Program-made: the position numbers and the translations under genes
Part shown: positions 10,801-25,700 of the stretch, piece after piece
Layout of the letters: every line of letters starts with the position of its first letter
Numbering within the stretch: the first letter of the stretch is position 1
Assembly (NCBI GenBank): GCA_040954595.2
Contig: CM082598.2
Coordinates: 10,245,097 to 10,309,096, forward strand
Origin: Balanoglossus misakiensis
Taxonomy: Eukaryota > Animalia > Hemichordata
Length of the DNA stretch: 64,000 nucleotides
Reading direction: 5' to 3'
The notes under the pieces: generated by a model
Told to the model about the DNA's origin: nothing
Databases searched by the model: none
Seen by the model: the letters and a program-made list of their open reading frames with translations, nothing else

Positions 10801-13800
10801 CAATTTTCTGTCTTTTCCTGATCTCCAACACAGACTATGGTTGCCACCATCTTGTCTGTTGTTAGGACAGCACACTGCCTTATTGTGTTGCCTGTGTGCA
10901 GTTTTTGTAACCAGAGCCTCTTGTTTGACACATGCGGGTAAGACGATTGTCACCCTTTAAGTGTCTTGGTTGATATTTGTTTCAGTTCAATGTGTTGACC
11001 CACAGTTTATTGTTGACGTTGGCCGCAACAAAAGCTGGACGAAATTGCGAAAACAAAATGAATGATGCCAACATTGCGCTCCGAAAAATAGCAACATCTC
11101 ATCCGACATTGTTACTCAGGTAAGCAAATAAGTATGTCCAATCACACCAAAGTATTGCAAGCTGGGCATCTATGCAAGAATTCACAAAAGGTTATCATTC
11201 CTGAATTTGACTTGCAACAGTAGTTCGATAGTTAGCCAAATTTCACTGTAACATGTCATTTGTGGTCAGTCTTGACTGGTGTAGCATGCTGGCCTGGTAT
11301 GCCTTACCCATTCCAGACACCTGGTACCACCACTTAAAAGTGGTTCAAGATGATCCTGTTGACATTATCATTCTTTCTCATATTTTTGGACATGGTAATT
11401 AGCTTACCTTGAATGATATTGATTATTGGACCTGATTTGATGCCCTATTTATCTCATTTTCAAATTTCAGACAAATGGCCATGATTTCAGCCGCTTTGAA
11501 AGGAAGCGTTCATTTGACGTTTCCCGAGTTGTGATCTCGCCACCACCTTCTCTTCTTCTCGCACATTCTCGGCTTATTGGAGTTGCTTCAACCGTACGTC
11601 TTCCAGCAGGATACAGAACTGCTACACACAACAATGACATCTTATTTCCACCTCATCAGGGTAAGAACTCACTACACAATTACCGGGCTATAGTCCTGTA
11701 GCCTTTTCACGGCCATCACAAACATTTTAACTATTAACGCTTTTGCTTAAACTATGACTGCATTGATATACCAAGGGGAACCCCGGTAAAATGACTGAGT
11801 AACCACGGTAACATTTACCTTGGTACCGCACAGTATGCATATGAGTACAATGTATGTGTGTTCATGTATATGCATTGTGTATGCCTATCCGTAAACTCAT
11901 TTAAATGGACCATTATGTTGTACCATACTGTTGAAAAAGGGCGCTACATGTATTGGAGCTTTAGTAATAATTGAAATACATGTAATGTGGAACAATTCTT
12001 CCTTTTTGTATACTGATTACCGCTTACTCCATGTTTACATAGTGATCTGTGTAACTACTACCCTGACCTGCCAGCGTCGCACTGCCCAGCAGAAGTGCCA
12101 AGGATTCCCAGGCCAATGTCACTATGGCAACCCAGGTCTCAAGGGGGTCAAGCATGGGTGCATTCAATGGTATGGCCTCCTCATCGACCTCGGCCCACTG
12201 GTCAAAGTAGGACGTCACACCACTCAAAATGAAACTGGGTTCCGACAGTAGTCTTGAAGGTGAATTTTTCATTCCTTATTTTTGCAGAACATGTATTTAA
12301 TGCACTTGTCACTATTGCAAAAAGTAAGCGTTCACAAAATTTATGTCCAAATGTGCAAGAATCCTGTGTTTGAGTCAAGCTGAATAGCCAGAATACATGT
12401 CAAACATAAGTCTACCACAGGGCGCCCTACATGTCATCTGATAATTCTATGGAGATTCAACCTCATTGCTGGATATGCAATGGGCACTCAAGTGAAAAAG
12501 TTTGTAAAGGCTGCCGACAAGCACTATTACGTACTCAACCCAGTCTATTGTCTCATTTTGATCATCGACGAATGGTATGACTTGCAACAGACATAATTAT
12601 TAATGAGTATGAATTTTAATAAGCAATCTGTACTCTTATCTGGGCAGAATCCTGAGCCTGCAAACCAGATTAAATTTGACAGAAACTACATCAAAGTCGG
12701 TGCAGATTTGAGAGGTTGTTGTTGTCTGTTTTTTTACAGAGATACTTGAAGGGCTTCAAGAATTGGACGACATTTCCAAACGGAAAGTGGATATCTTGCA
12801 TTATTTCACGGTAAGTTTACTCTGAAGTTTTGTCACTTTCACAGCCAAGACTTGGTTCAGTTCCAAAGCTTGAGTGATTCGGGCATTGCTTGAAGACCTG
12901 CATAAGTGTCATTTGAGAGTTCTGAATTCAACAAAACCACTAACCAAAGTTTTCCTTAGAAACTAGGAATATTGTAAGTGAAATTCAATTGAATCATGTG
13001 GCTGTCGAACATTGGTCCCAACAATAACGACAAACACAATACGATAGAATTTTTACTCAATGACTTTCTGGCCTCATTTTCGCATCGTCTTGGAAGGGCA
13101 AATGAAAAAGGCATATCGATTATTGGTACTCCACTTATTAGACTTTCCACTGTTTGTCAACAGCACTGCCAAGGAACTCCTGCCAGCCATCATTGATTGT
13201 CTGGATAGTAGTGCCCAGAGTGTCGTCAATGTAGCTTTACAACATCTACGCAAAACAAAACTCTTTTTTTTGGCCTAACTTAATATATTTGTTTATTTCA
13301 GTGCTATGAGCAATACTCCGTTGCGTTTACTGTCAGAGATGTATCTGCAACAACTCGATTTAATTCAGAAATTTGCGAAAACAAAATGAATGATGCCAAC
13401 ATTGCGCTCCGAAAAATAGCAACATCTCATCCGACATTGTTACTCAGGTAAGCAAATAAGTATGTCCAATCACACCAAAGTATTGCAAGCTGGGCATCTA
13501 TGCAAGAATTCACAAAAGGTTATCATTCCTGAATTTGACTTGCAACAGTAGTTCGATAGTTAGCCAAATTTCACTGTAACATGTCACTTGTGGTCAGTCT
13601 TGACTGGTGTAGCATGCTGGCCTGGTATGCCTTACCCATTCCAGACACCTGGTACCACCACTTAAAAGTGGTTCAAGATGATCCTGTTGACATTATCATT
13701 CTTTCTCATATTTTTGGACATGGTAATTAGCTTACCTTGAATGATATTGATTATTGGACCTGATTTGATGCCCTATTTATCTCATTTTCAAATTTCAGAC

Positions 13801-14183
13801 AAATGGCCATGATTTCAGCCGCTTTGAAAGGACGCGTTCATTTGACGTTTCCCGAGTTCTGATCTCGCCACCACCTTCTCTTCTCGCACATTCTCGGCTT
13901 ATTGGAGTTGCTTCAACCGTACGTCTTCCAGCAGGATACAGAACTGCTACACACAACAATGACATCTTATTTCCACCTCATCAGGGTAAGAACTCACTAC
14001 ACAATTATATAGTCCTGTAGCCTTTTCATGGCCATCACAAACATTTTAACTATTAATGCTTTTGCTTAAACTATGACTGCATTGATATACCAAGGGGAAC
14101 CCCGGTAAAATGACTGAGTAACCACGGTAACATTTACCTTGGTACCGCACAGTATGCATATGAGTACAATGTATGTGTGTTAA

Positions 14184-15168
14184 CGTAGTTGGAAAGGCTA
14201 TTTTTGAAGCAAATTCTCTCAATGTTTGTGAATTTATTTTCACAAGTTAGAATAAAGACAATGACTTGAAATTTGCAGCATGTATTCTTAACAAACTAAA
14301 AAGTGAGGGAAAAATATGACTGTAAAAATATCTGCTAAAATTATGAAATTTGATATGCCTAAATATAAATATTCATAATTTTACAAAATATTGATTGAAT
14401 CTTGACATGTTTTCACAAATGATTGAATAATTTGTATTCATTTTAATATTAAGCAACCCCTCAAGCAATGTACGGGACATTTTCAGCATAAACTTATTTT
14501 TTTCAAAGTTATCACTCAGGAAAACACAGTTTTTGTTGATATTTTGTAAACAACTTTAACGTGCTGCCAAAACACAACGGGAAAACTTATGAAAAAACTG
14601 TCCCGTAAAATTGTTCTTTGGGATGTCCCGAGCCTTTCCTGAAAGTTTCATGATAAAAAAAATATCTGGCATACCAATTCAATCACAAATAAAAACCATT
14701 ACATTATGGCGAAGGGCAGAAAAGTAGCGAAATACGCAAAGTTTAGCGGCAGTTCACGGCGAAGGATCGCATTTATCTGGGTCAAATGCTTCTCCGCTGG
14801 CCTTTTGGGTTCCCTAGAAATGCAAAAATGTCCATAATTTGGCAGCCTTTAATAAACAAGCAAGGTTATCTATCGCTGAAAATTGCAAGAATCAGTGTTG
14901 CAAGTTACATTTAAATGCCCTTGGCTAGGGGAACCCGTCCTTGTGTGCATAGCCTAGGAGAAGTCTTCCCCTAGAGGGCGCTCAAAGAAGGCTCCCTAGC
15001 TTCCTTGCCAGATGTATGAAATTAGGTATCATAAAGCCAGCCATATCTTGTTACACGTTTATTGCCCCGAATTTTTCATGAGTTTAATTTTTCTCTAATA
15101 CATTTCTAGATATAAATTCGGTGTTTTTAAATGAAATTTTAACTGACGCCCTAGCCTTTCCAACTACC
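14184..15168. mobile_element. 985-bp non-autonomous DNA transposon, TTAA target duplication, Kolobok-like termini (copy 1)
   Basis: TTAA|CGTAGTTGGAAAGGCTA ... TAGCCTTTCCAACTACC|TTAA (17-bp TIR, one terminal mismatch). The empty site GTGTGTTAATGTAT is present in sister units (~9072, ~24979, ~27240). No long ORF. TTAA with a GG..CC-type end fits Kolobok (RR..YY) rather than piggyBac (CCY..RGG). Confidence 0.88.
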
Positions 15169-17491
15169 TTAATGTATATGCATCGTGTATGCCTATCCGT
15201 AAACTCATTTAAATGGACCACCATGTTGTACCATACTGTTGAAAAAGGCAGCTACATGTATTGGAGCTTTAGTAATAATTGAAATACATGTAATGTGGAA
15301 CAATTCTTCCTTTTCGTATACTGATTACCGCTTACTCCATGTTTACATAGTGATCTGTGTAACTACTACCCTGACCTGCCAGCGTCGCACTGCCCAGCAG
15401 AAGTGCCAAGGATTCCCAGGCCAATGTCACAATGGCAACCCAGGTCTCAAGGGGGTCAAGCATGGGTGCATTCAATGGTATGGCCTCCTCATCGACCTCG
15501 GCCCACTGGTCAAAGTAGGACGTCACACCACTCAAAATGAAGCTGGGTTCCGACAGTAGTCTTGAAGGTGAATTTTTCATTCCTTATTTTTGCAGAACAT
15601 GTATTTAATGCACTTGTCACTATTGCAAAAAGTAAGCGTTCACAAAATTTATGTCCAAATGTGCAAGAATCCTGTGTTTGAGTCAAGCTGAATAGCCAGA
15701 ATACATGTCAAACATAAGTCTACCACAGGGCGCCCTACATGTCATCTGATAATTCTATGGAGATTCAACCTCATTGCTGGATATGCCATGGGCACTCAAG
15801 TGAAAAAGTTTGTAAAGGCTGCCGACAAGCACTATTACGTACTCAACCCAGTCTATTGTCTCATTTTGATCATCGACGAATGGTATGACTTGCAACAGAC
15901 ATAATTATTAATGAGTATGAATTTTAATAAGCAATCTGTACTCTTATCTGGGCAGAATCCTGAGCCTGCAAACCAGATTAAATTTGACAGAAACTACATC
16001 AAAGTCGGTGCAGATTTGAGAGGTTGTTGTTGTCTGTTTTTTTACAGAGATACTTGAAGGGCTTCAAGAATTGGACGACATTTCCAAACGGAAAGTGGAT
16101 ATCTTGCATTATTTCACGGTAAGTTTACTCTGAAGTTTTGTCACTTTCACAGCCAAGACTTGGTTCAGTTCCAAAGCTTGAGTGATTCGGGCATTGCTTG
16201 AAGACCTGCATAAGTGTCATTTGAGAGTTCTGAATTCAACAAAACCACTAACCAAAGTTTTCCTTAGAAACTAGGAATATTGTAAGTGAAATTCAATTGA
16301 ATCATGTGGCTGTCGAACATTGGTCCCAACAATAACGACAAACACAATACGATAGAATTTTTACTCAATGACTTTCTGGCCTCATTTTCGCATCGTCTTG
16401 GAAGGGCAAATGAAAAAGGCATATCGATTATTGGTACTCCACTTATTAGACTTTCCACTGTTTGTCAACAGCACTGCCAAGGAACTCCTGCCAGCCATCA
16501 TTGATTGTCTGGATAGTAGTGCCCAGAGTGTCGTCAATGTAGCTTTACAACATCTACGCAAAACAAAACTCTTTTTTTTGGCCTAACTTAATATATTTGT
16601 TTATTTCAGTGCTATGAGCAATACTCCGTTGCGTTTACTGTCAGAGATGTATCTGCAACAACTCGATTTAATTCAGAAATTTGCGAAAACAAAATGAATG
16701 ATGCCAACATTGCGCTCCGAAAAATAGCAACATCTCATCCGACATTGTTACTCAGGTAAGCAAATAAGTATGTCCAATCACACCAAAGTATTGCAAGCTG
16801 GGCATCTATGCAAGAATTCACAAAAGGTTATCATTCCTGAATTTGACTTGCAACAGTAGTTCGATAGTTAGCCAAATTTCACTGTAACATGTCACTTGTG
16901 GTCAGTCTTGACTGGTGTAGCATGCTGGCCTGGTATGCCTTACCCATTCCAGACACCTGGTACCACCACTTAAAAGTGGTTCAAGATGATCCTGTTGACA
17001 TTATCATTCTTTCTCATATTTTTGGACATGGTAATTAGCTTACCTTGAATGATATTGATTATTGGACCTGATTTGATGCCCTATTTATCTCATTTTCAAA
17101 TTTCAGACAAATGGCCATGATTTCAGCCGCTTTGAAAGGACGCGTTCATTTGACGTTTCCCGAGTTCTGATCTCGCCACCACCTTCTCTTCTCGCACATT
17201 CTCGGCTTATTGGAGTTGCTTCAACCGTACGTCTTCCAGCAGGATACAGAACTGCTACACACAACAATGACATCTTATTTCCACCTCATCAGGGTAAGAA
17301 CTCACTACACAATTATATAGTCCTGTAGCCTTTTCATGGCCATCACAAACATTTTAACTATTAATGCTTTTGCTTAAACTATGACTGCATTGATATACCA
17401 AGGGGAACCCCGGTAAAATGACTGAGTAACCACGGTAACATTTACCTTGGTACCGCACAGTATGCATATGAGTACAATGTATGTGTGTTAA

Positions 17492-18476
17492 CGTAGTTGG
17501 AAAGGCTATTTTTGAAGCAAATTCTCTCAATGTTTGTGAATTTATTTTCACAAGTTAGAATAAAGACAATGACTTGAAATTTGCAGCATGTATTCTTAAC
17601 AAACTAAAAAGTGAGGGAAAAATATGACTGTAAAAATATCTGCTAAAATTATGAAATTTGATATGCCTAAATATAAATATTCATAATTTTACAAAATATT
17701 GATTGAATCTTGACATGTTTTCACAAATGATTGAATAATTTGTATTCATTTTAATATTAAGCAACCCCTCAAGCAATGTACGGGACATTTTCAGCATAAA
17801 CTTATTTTTTTCAAAGTTATCACTCAGGAAAACACAGTTTTTGTTGATATTTTGTAAACAACTTTAACGTGCTGCCAAAACACAACGGGAAAACTTATGA
17901 AAAAACTGTCCCGTAAAATTGTTCTTTGGGATGTCCCGAGCCTTTCCTGAAAGTTTCATGATAAAAAAAATATCTGGCATACCAATTCAATCACAAATAA
18001 AAACCATTACATTATGGCGAAGGGCAGAAAAGTAGCGAAATACGCAAAGTTTAGCGGCAGTTCACGGCGAAGGATCGCATTTATCTGGGTCAAATGCTTC
18101 TCCGCTGGCCTTTTGGGTTCCCTAGAAATGCAAAAATGTCCATAATTTGGCAGCCTTTAATAAACAAGCAAGGTTATCTATCGCTGAAAATTGCAAGAAT
18201 CAGTGTTGCAAGTTACATTTAAATGCCCTTGGCTAGGGGAACCCGTCCTTGTGTGCATAGCCTAGGAGAAGTCTTCCCCTAGAGGGCGCTCAAAGAAGGC
18301 TCCCTAGCTTCCTTGCCAGATGTATGAAATTAGGTATCATAAAGCCAGCCATATCTTGTTACACGTTTATTGCCCCGAATTTTTCATGAGTTTAATTTTT
18401 CTCTAATACATTTCTAGATATAAATTCGGTGTTTTTAAATGAAATTTTAACTGACGCCCTAGCCTTTCCAACTACC
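17492..18476. mobile_element. Kolobok-like TIR element, copy 2 (propagated with the unit)
   Basis: Same TIRs, TSD and insertion site, offset +3308 from copy 1; same C-for-G change at the left terminus. Confidence 0.88.
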
Positions 18477-19990
18477 TTAATGTATATGCATCGTGTATGC
18501 CTATCCGTAAACTCATTTAAATGGACCACCATGTTGTACCATACTGTTGAAAAAGGCAGCTACATGTATTGGAGCTTTAGTAATAATTGAAATACATGTA
18601 ATGTGGAACAATTCTTCCTTTTCGTATACTGATTACCGCTTACTCCATGTTTACATAGTGATCTGTGTAACTACTACCCTGACCTGCCAGCGTCGCACTG
18701 CCCAGCAGAAGTGCCAAGGATTCCCAGGCCAATGTCACTATGGCAACCCAGGTCTCAAGGGGGTCAAGCATGGGTGCATTCAATGGTATGGCCTCCTCAT
18801 CGACCTCGGCCCACTGGTCAAAGTAGGACGTCACACCACTCAAAATGAAGCTGGGTTCCGACAGTAGTCTTGAAGGTGAATTTTTCATTCCTTATTTTTG
18901 CAGAACATGTATTTAATGCACTTGTCACTATTGCAAAAAGTAAGCGTTCACAAAATTTATGTCCAAATGTGCAAGAATCCTGTGTTTGAGTCAAGCTGAA
19001 TAGCCAGAATACATGTCAAACATAAGTCTACCACAGGGCGCCCTACATGTCATCTGAGAAGCGTAAAAATGTCCATAATTTGGCAGCCTTTAATAAACAA
19101 GCAAGGTTATCTATCGCTGAAAATTGCAAGAATCAGTGTTGCAAGTTACATTTAAATGCCCTTGGCTAGGGGAACCCGTCCTTGTGTGCATAGCCTAGGA
19201 GAAGTCTTCCCCTAGAGGGCGCTCAAAGAAGGCTCCCTAGCTTCCTTGCCAGATGTATGAAATTAGGTATCATAAAGCCAGCCATATCTTGTTACACGTT
19301 TATTGCCCCGAATTTTTCATGAGTTTAATTTTTCTCTAATACATTTCTAGATATAAATTCGGTGTTTTTAAATGAAATTTTAACTGACGCCCTAGCCTTT
19401 CCAACTACCTTAATGTATATGCATCGTGTATGCCTATCCGTAAACTCATTTAAATGGACCACCATGTTGTACCATACTGTTGAAAAAGGCAGCTACATGT
19501 ATTGGAGCTTTAGTAATAATTGAAATACATGTAATGTGGAACAATTCTTCCTTTTCGTATACTGATTACCGCTTACTCCATGTTTACATAGTGATCTGTG
19601 TAACTACTACCCTGACCTGCCAGCGTCGCACTGCCCAGCAGAAGTGCCAAGGATTCCCAGGCCAATGTCACTATGGCAACCCAGGTCTCAAGGGGGTCAA
19701 GCATGGGTGCATTCAATGGTATGGCCTCCTCATCGACCTCGGCCCACTGGTCAAAGTAGGACGTCACACCACTCAAAATGAAGCTGGGTTCCGACAGTAG
19801 TCTTGAAGGTGAATTTTTCATTCCTTATTTTTGCAGAACATGTATTTAATGCACTTGTCACTATTGCAAAAAGTAAGCGTTCACAAAATTTATGTCCAAA
19901 TGTGCAAGAATCCTGTGTTTGAGTCAAGCTGAATAGCCAGAATACATGTCAAACATAAGTCTACCACAGGGCGCCCTACATGTCATCTGA
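18132..19990 (+). repeat. Local tandem duplication, period 933 bp (926 bp plus 7-bp filler GAAGCGT at 19058-19064)
   Basis: ORF starts at 18547 and 19480 differ by 933; junction CATCTGA|GAAGCGT|AAAAATGTCC. Confidence 0.92.
19065..19409. mobile_element. Right-hand 345-bp fragment of the TIR element within a local duplication
   Basis: Matches 18132-18476 and ends in CCAACTACC|TTAA; no left TIR. Confidence 0.85.
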
Positions 19991-21732
19991 TAATTCTATG
20001 GAGATTCAACCTCATTGCTGGATATGCCATGGGCACTCAAGTGAAAAAGTTTGTAAAGGCTGCCGACAAGCACTATTACGTACTCAACCCAGTCTATTGT
20101 CTCATTTTGATCATCGACGAATGGTATGACTTGCAACAGACATAATTATTAATGAGTATGAATTTTAATAAGCAATCTGTACTCTTATCTGGGCAGAATC
20201 CTGAGCCTGCAAACCAGATTAAATTTGACAGAAACTACATCAAAGTCGGTGCAGATTTGAGAGGTTGTTGTTGTCTGTTTTTTTACAGAGATACTTGAAG
20301 GGCTTCAAGAATTGGACGACATTTCCAAACGGAAAGTGGATATCTTGCATTATTTCACGGTAAGTTTACTCTGAAGTTTTGTCACTTTCACAGCCAAGAC
20401 TTGGTTCAGTTCCAAAGCTTGAGTGATTCGGGCATTGCTTGAAGACCTGCATAAGTGTCATTTGAGAGTTCTGAATTCAACAAAACCACTAACCAAAGTT
20501 TTCCTTAGAAACTAGGAATATTGTAAGTGAAATTCAATTGAATCATGTGGCTGTCGAACATTGGTCCCAACAATAACGACAAACACAATACGATAGAATT
20601 TTTACTCAATGACTTTCTGGCCTCATTTTCGCATCGTCTTGGAAGGGCAAATGAAAAAGGCATATCGATTATTGGTACTCCACTTATTAGACTTTCCACT
20701 GTTTGTCAACAGCACTGCCAAGGAACTCCTGCCAGCCATCATTGATTGTCTGGATAGTAGTGCCCAGAGTGTCGTCAATGTAGCTTTACAACATCTACGC
20801 AAAACAAAACTCTTTTTTTTGGCCTAACTTAATATATTTGTTTATTTCAGTGCTATGAGCAATACTCCGTTGCGTTTACTGTCAGAGATGTATCTGCAAC
20901 AACTCGATTTAATTCAGAAATTTGCGAAAACAAAATGAATGATGCCAACATTGCGCTCCGAAAAATAGCAACATCTCATCCGACATTGTTACTCAGGTAA
21001 GCAAATAAGTATGTCCAATCACACCAAAGTATTGCAAGCTGGGCATCTATGCAAGAATTCACAAAAGGTTATCATTCCTGAATTTGACTTGCAACAGTAG
21101 TTCGATAGTTAGCCAAATTTCACTGTAACATGTCACTTGTGGTCAGTCTTGACTGGTGTAGCATGCTGGCCTGGTATGCCTTACCCATTCCAGACACCTG
21201 GTACCACCACTTAAAAGTGGTTCAAGATGATCCTGTTGACATTATCATTCTTTCTCATATTTTTGGACATGGTAATTAGCTTACCTTGAATGATATTGAT
21301 TATTGGACCTGATTTGATGCCCTATTTATCTCATTTTCAAATTTCAGACAAATGGCCATGATTTCAGCCGCTTTGAAAGGACGCGTTCATTTGACGTTTC
21401 CCGAGTTCTGATCTCGCCACCACCTTCTCTTCTCGCACATTCTCGGCTTATTGGAGTTGCTTCAACCGTACGTCTTCCAGCAGGATACAGAACTGCTACA
21501 CACAACAATGACATCTTATTTCCACCTCATCAGGGTAAGAACTCACTACACAATTATATAGTCCTGTAGCCTTTTCATGGCCATCACAAACATTTTAACT
21601 ATTAATGCTTTTGCTTAAACTATGACTGCATTGATATACCAAGGGGAACCCCGGTAAAATGACTGAGTAACCACGGTAACATTTACCTTGGTACCGCACA
21701 GTATGCATATGAGTACAATGTATGTGTGTTAA

Positions 21733-22717
21733 CGTAGTTGGAAAGGCTATTTTTGAAGCAAATTCTCTCAATGTTTGTGAATTTATTTTCACAAGTTAGA
21801 ATAAAGACAATGACTTGAAATTTGCAGCATGTATTCTTAACAAACTAAAAAGTGAGGGAAAAATATGACTGTAAAAATATCTGCTAAAATTATGAAATTT
21901 GATATGCCTAAATATAAATATTCATAATTTTACAAAATATTGATTGAATCTTGACATGTTTTCACAAATGATTGAATAATTTGTATTCATTTTAATATTA
22001 AGCAACCCCTCAAGCAATGTACGGGACATTTTCAGCATAAACTTATTTTTTTCAAAGTTATCACTCAGGAAAACACAGTTTTTGTTGATATTTTGTAAAC
22101 AACTTTAACGTGCTGCCAAAACACAACGGGAAAACTTATGAAAAAACTGTCCCGTAAAATTGTTCTTTGGGATGTCCCGAGCCTTTCCTGAAAGTTTCAT
22201 GATAAAAAAAATATCTGGCATACCAATTCAATCACAAATAAAAACCATTACATTATGGCGAAGGGCAGAAAAGTAGCGAAATACGCAAAGTTTAGCGGCA
22301 GTTCACGGCGAAGGATCGCATTTATCTGGGTCAAATGCTTCTCCGCTGGCCTTTTGGGTTCCCTAGAAATGCAAAAATGTCCATAATTTGGCAGCCTTTA
22401 ATAAACAAGCAAGGTTATCTATCGCTGAAAATTGCAAGAATCAGTGTTGCAAGTTACATTTAAATGCCCTTGGCTAGGGGAACCCGTCCTTGTGTGCATA
22501 GCCTAGGAGAAGTCTTCCCCTAGAGGGCGCTCAAAGAAGGCTCCCTAGCTTCCTTGCCAGATGTATGAAATTAGGTATCATAAAGCCAGCCATATCTTGT
22601 TACACGTTTATTGCCCCGAATTTTTCATGAGTTTAATTTTTCTCTAATACATTTCTAGATATAAATTCGGTGTTTTTAAATGAAATTTTAACTGACGCCC
22701 TAGCCTTTCCAACTACC
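21733..22717. mobile_element. Kolobok-like TIR element, copy 3
   Basis: Same TIRs, TSD and insertion site as copies 1 and 2. Confidence 0.88.
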
Positions 22718-25700
22718 TTAATGTATATGCATCGTGTATGCCTATCCGTAAACTCATTTAAATGGACCACCATGTTGTACCATACTGTTGAAAAAGGCAG
22801 CTACATGTATTGGAGCTTTAGTAATAATTGAAATACATGTAATGTGGAACAATTCTTCCTTTTCGTATACTGATTACCGCTTACTCCATGTTTACATAGT
22901 GATCTGTGTAACTACTACCCTGACCTGCCAGCGTCGCACTGCCCAGCAGAAGTGCCAAGGATTCCCAGGCCAATGTCACTATGGCAACCCAGGTCTCAAG
23001 GGGGTCAAGCATGGGTGCATTCAATGGTATGGCCTCCTCATCGACCTCGGCCCACTGGTCAAAGTAGGACGTCACACCACTCAAAATGAAGCTGGGTTCC
23101 GACAGTAGTCTTGAAGGTGAATTTTTCATTCCTTATTTTTGCAGAACATGTATTTAATGCACTTGTCACTATTGCAAAAAGTAAGCGTTCACAAAATTTA
23201 TGTCCAAATGTGCAAGAATCCTGTGTTTGAGTCAAGCTGAATAGCCAGAATACATGTCAAACATAAGTCTACCACAGGGCGCCCTACATGTCATCTGATA
23301 ATTCTATGGAGATTCAACCTCATTGCTGGATATGCCATGGGCACTCAAGTGAAAAAGTTTGTAAAGGCTGCCGACAAGCACTATTACGTACTCAACCCAG
23401 TCTATTGTCTCATTTTGATCATCGACGAATGGTATGACTTGCAACAGACATAATTATTAATGAGTATGAATTTTAATAAGCAATCTGTACTCTTATCTGG
23501 GCAGAATCCTGAGCCTGCAAACCAGATTAAATTTGACAGAAACTACATCAAAGTCGGTGCAGATTTGAGAGGTGGTTGTTGTCTGTTTTTTTACAGAGAT
23601 ACTTGAAGGGCTTCAAGAATTGGACGACATTTCCAAACGGAAAGTGGATATCTTGCATTATTTCACGGTAAGTTTACTCTGAAGTTTTGTCACTTTCACA
23701 GCCAAGACTTGGTTCAGTTCCAAAGCTTGAGTGATTCGGGCATTGCTTGAAGACCTGCATAAGTGTCATTTGAGAGTTCTGAATTCAACAAAACCACTAA
23801 CCAAAGTTTTCCTTAGAAACTAGGAATATTGTAAGTGAAATTCAATTGAATCATGTGGCTGTCGAACATTGGTCCCAACAATAACGACAAACACAATACG
23901 ATAGAATTTTTACTCAATGACTTTCTGGCCTCATTTTCGCATCGTCTTGGAAGGGCAAATGAAAAAGGCATATCGATTATTGGTACTCCACTTATTAGAC
24001 TTTCCACTGTTTGTCAACAGCACTGCCAAGGAACTCCTGCCAGCCATCATTGATTGTCTGGATAGTAGTGCCCAGAGTGTCGTCAATGTAGCTTTACAAC
24101 ATCTACGCAAAACAAAACCCTTTTTTTTTTGGCCTATCTTAATATATTTGTTTATTTCAGTGCTATGAGCAATACTCCGTTGCGTATACTGTCAGAGATG
24201 TATCTGCAACAACTCGATTTAATTCAGAAATTTGCGAAAACAAAATGAATGATGCCAACATTGCGCTCCGAAAAATAGCAACATCTCATCCGACATTGTT
24301 ACTCAGGTAAGCAAATAAGTATGTCCAATCACACCAAAGTATTGCAAGCTGGGCATCTATGCAAGAATTCACAAAAGGTTATCATTCCTGAATTTGACTT
24401 GCAACAGTAGTTCGATAGTTAGCCAAATTTCACTGTAACATGTCATTTGTGGTCAGTCTTGACTGGTGTAGCATGCTGGCCTGGTATGCCTTACCCATTC
24501 CAGACACCTGGTACCACCACTTAAAAGTGGTTCAAGATGATCCTGTTGACATTATCATTCTTTCTCATATTTTTGGACATGGTAATTAGCTTACCTTGAA
24601 TGATATTGATTATTGGACCTGATTTGATGCCCTATTTATCTCATTTTCAAATTTCAGACAAATGGCCATGATTTCAGCCGCTTTGAAAGGACGCGTTCAT
24701 TTGACGTTTCCCGAGTTCTGATCTCGCCACCACCTTCTCTTCTTCTCGCACATTCTCGGCTTTTTCAACCTCATCAGGGTAAGAACTCACTACACAATTA
24801 CCGGGCTATAGTCCTGTAGCCTTTTCACGGCCATCACAAACATTTTAACTATTAACGCTTTTGCTTAAATTATGACTGCATTGATATACCAAGGGGAACC
24901 CCGGTAAAATGACTGAGTAACCACGGTAACATTTACCTTGGTACCGCACAGTATGCATATGAGTACAATGTATGTGTGTTAATGTATATGCATCGTGTAT
25001 GCCTATCCGTAAACTCATTTAAATGGACCACCATGTTGTACCATACTGTTGAAAAAGGCAGCTACATGTATTGGAGCTTTAGTAATAATTGAAATACATG
25101 TAATGTGGAACAATTCTTCCTTTTCGTATACTGATTACCGCTTACTCCATGTTTACATAGTGATCTGTGTAACTACTACCCTGACCTGCCTGCGTCGCAC
25201 TGCCCAGCAGAAGTGCCAAGGATTCCCAGGCCAATGTCACTATGGCAACCCAGGTCTCAAGGGGGTCAAGCATGGGTGCATTCAATGGTATGGCCTCCTC
25301 ATCGACCTCGGCCCACTGGTCAAAGTAGGACGTCACACCACTCAAAATGAAACTGGGTTCCGACAGTAGTCTTGAAGGTGAATTTTTCATTCCTTATTTT
25401 TGCAGAACATGTATTTAATGCACTTGTCACTATTGCAAAAAGTAAGCGTTCACAAAATTTATGTCCAAATGTGCAAGAATCCTGTGTTTGAGTCAAGCTG
25501 AATAGCCAGAATACATGTCAAACATAAGTCTACCACAGGGCGCCCTACATGTCATCTGATAATTCTATGGAGATTCAACCTCATTGCTGGATATGCCATG
25601 GGCACTCAAGTGAAAAAGTTTGTAAAGGCTGCCGACAAGCACTATTACGTACTCAACCCAGTCTATTGTCTCATTTTGATCATCGACGAATGGTATGACT

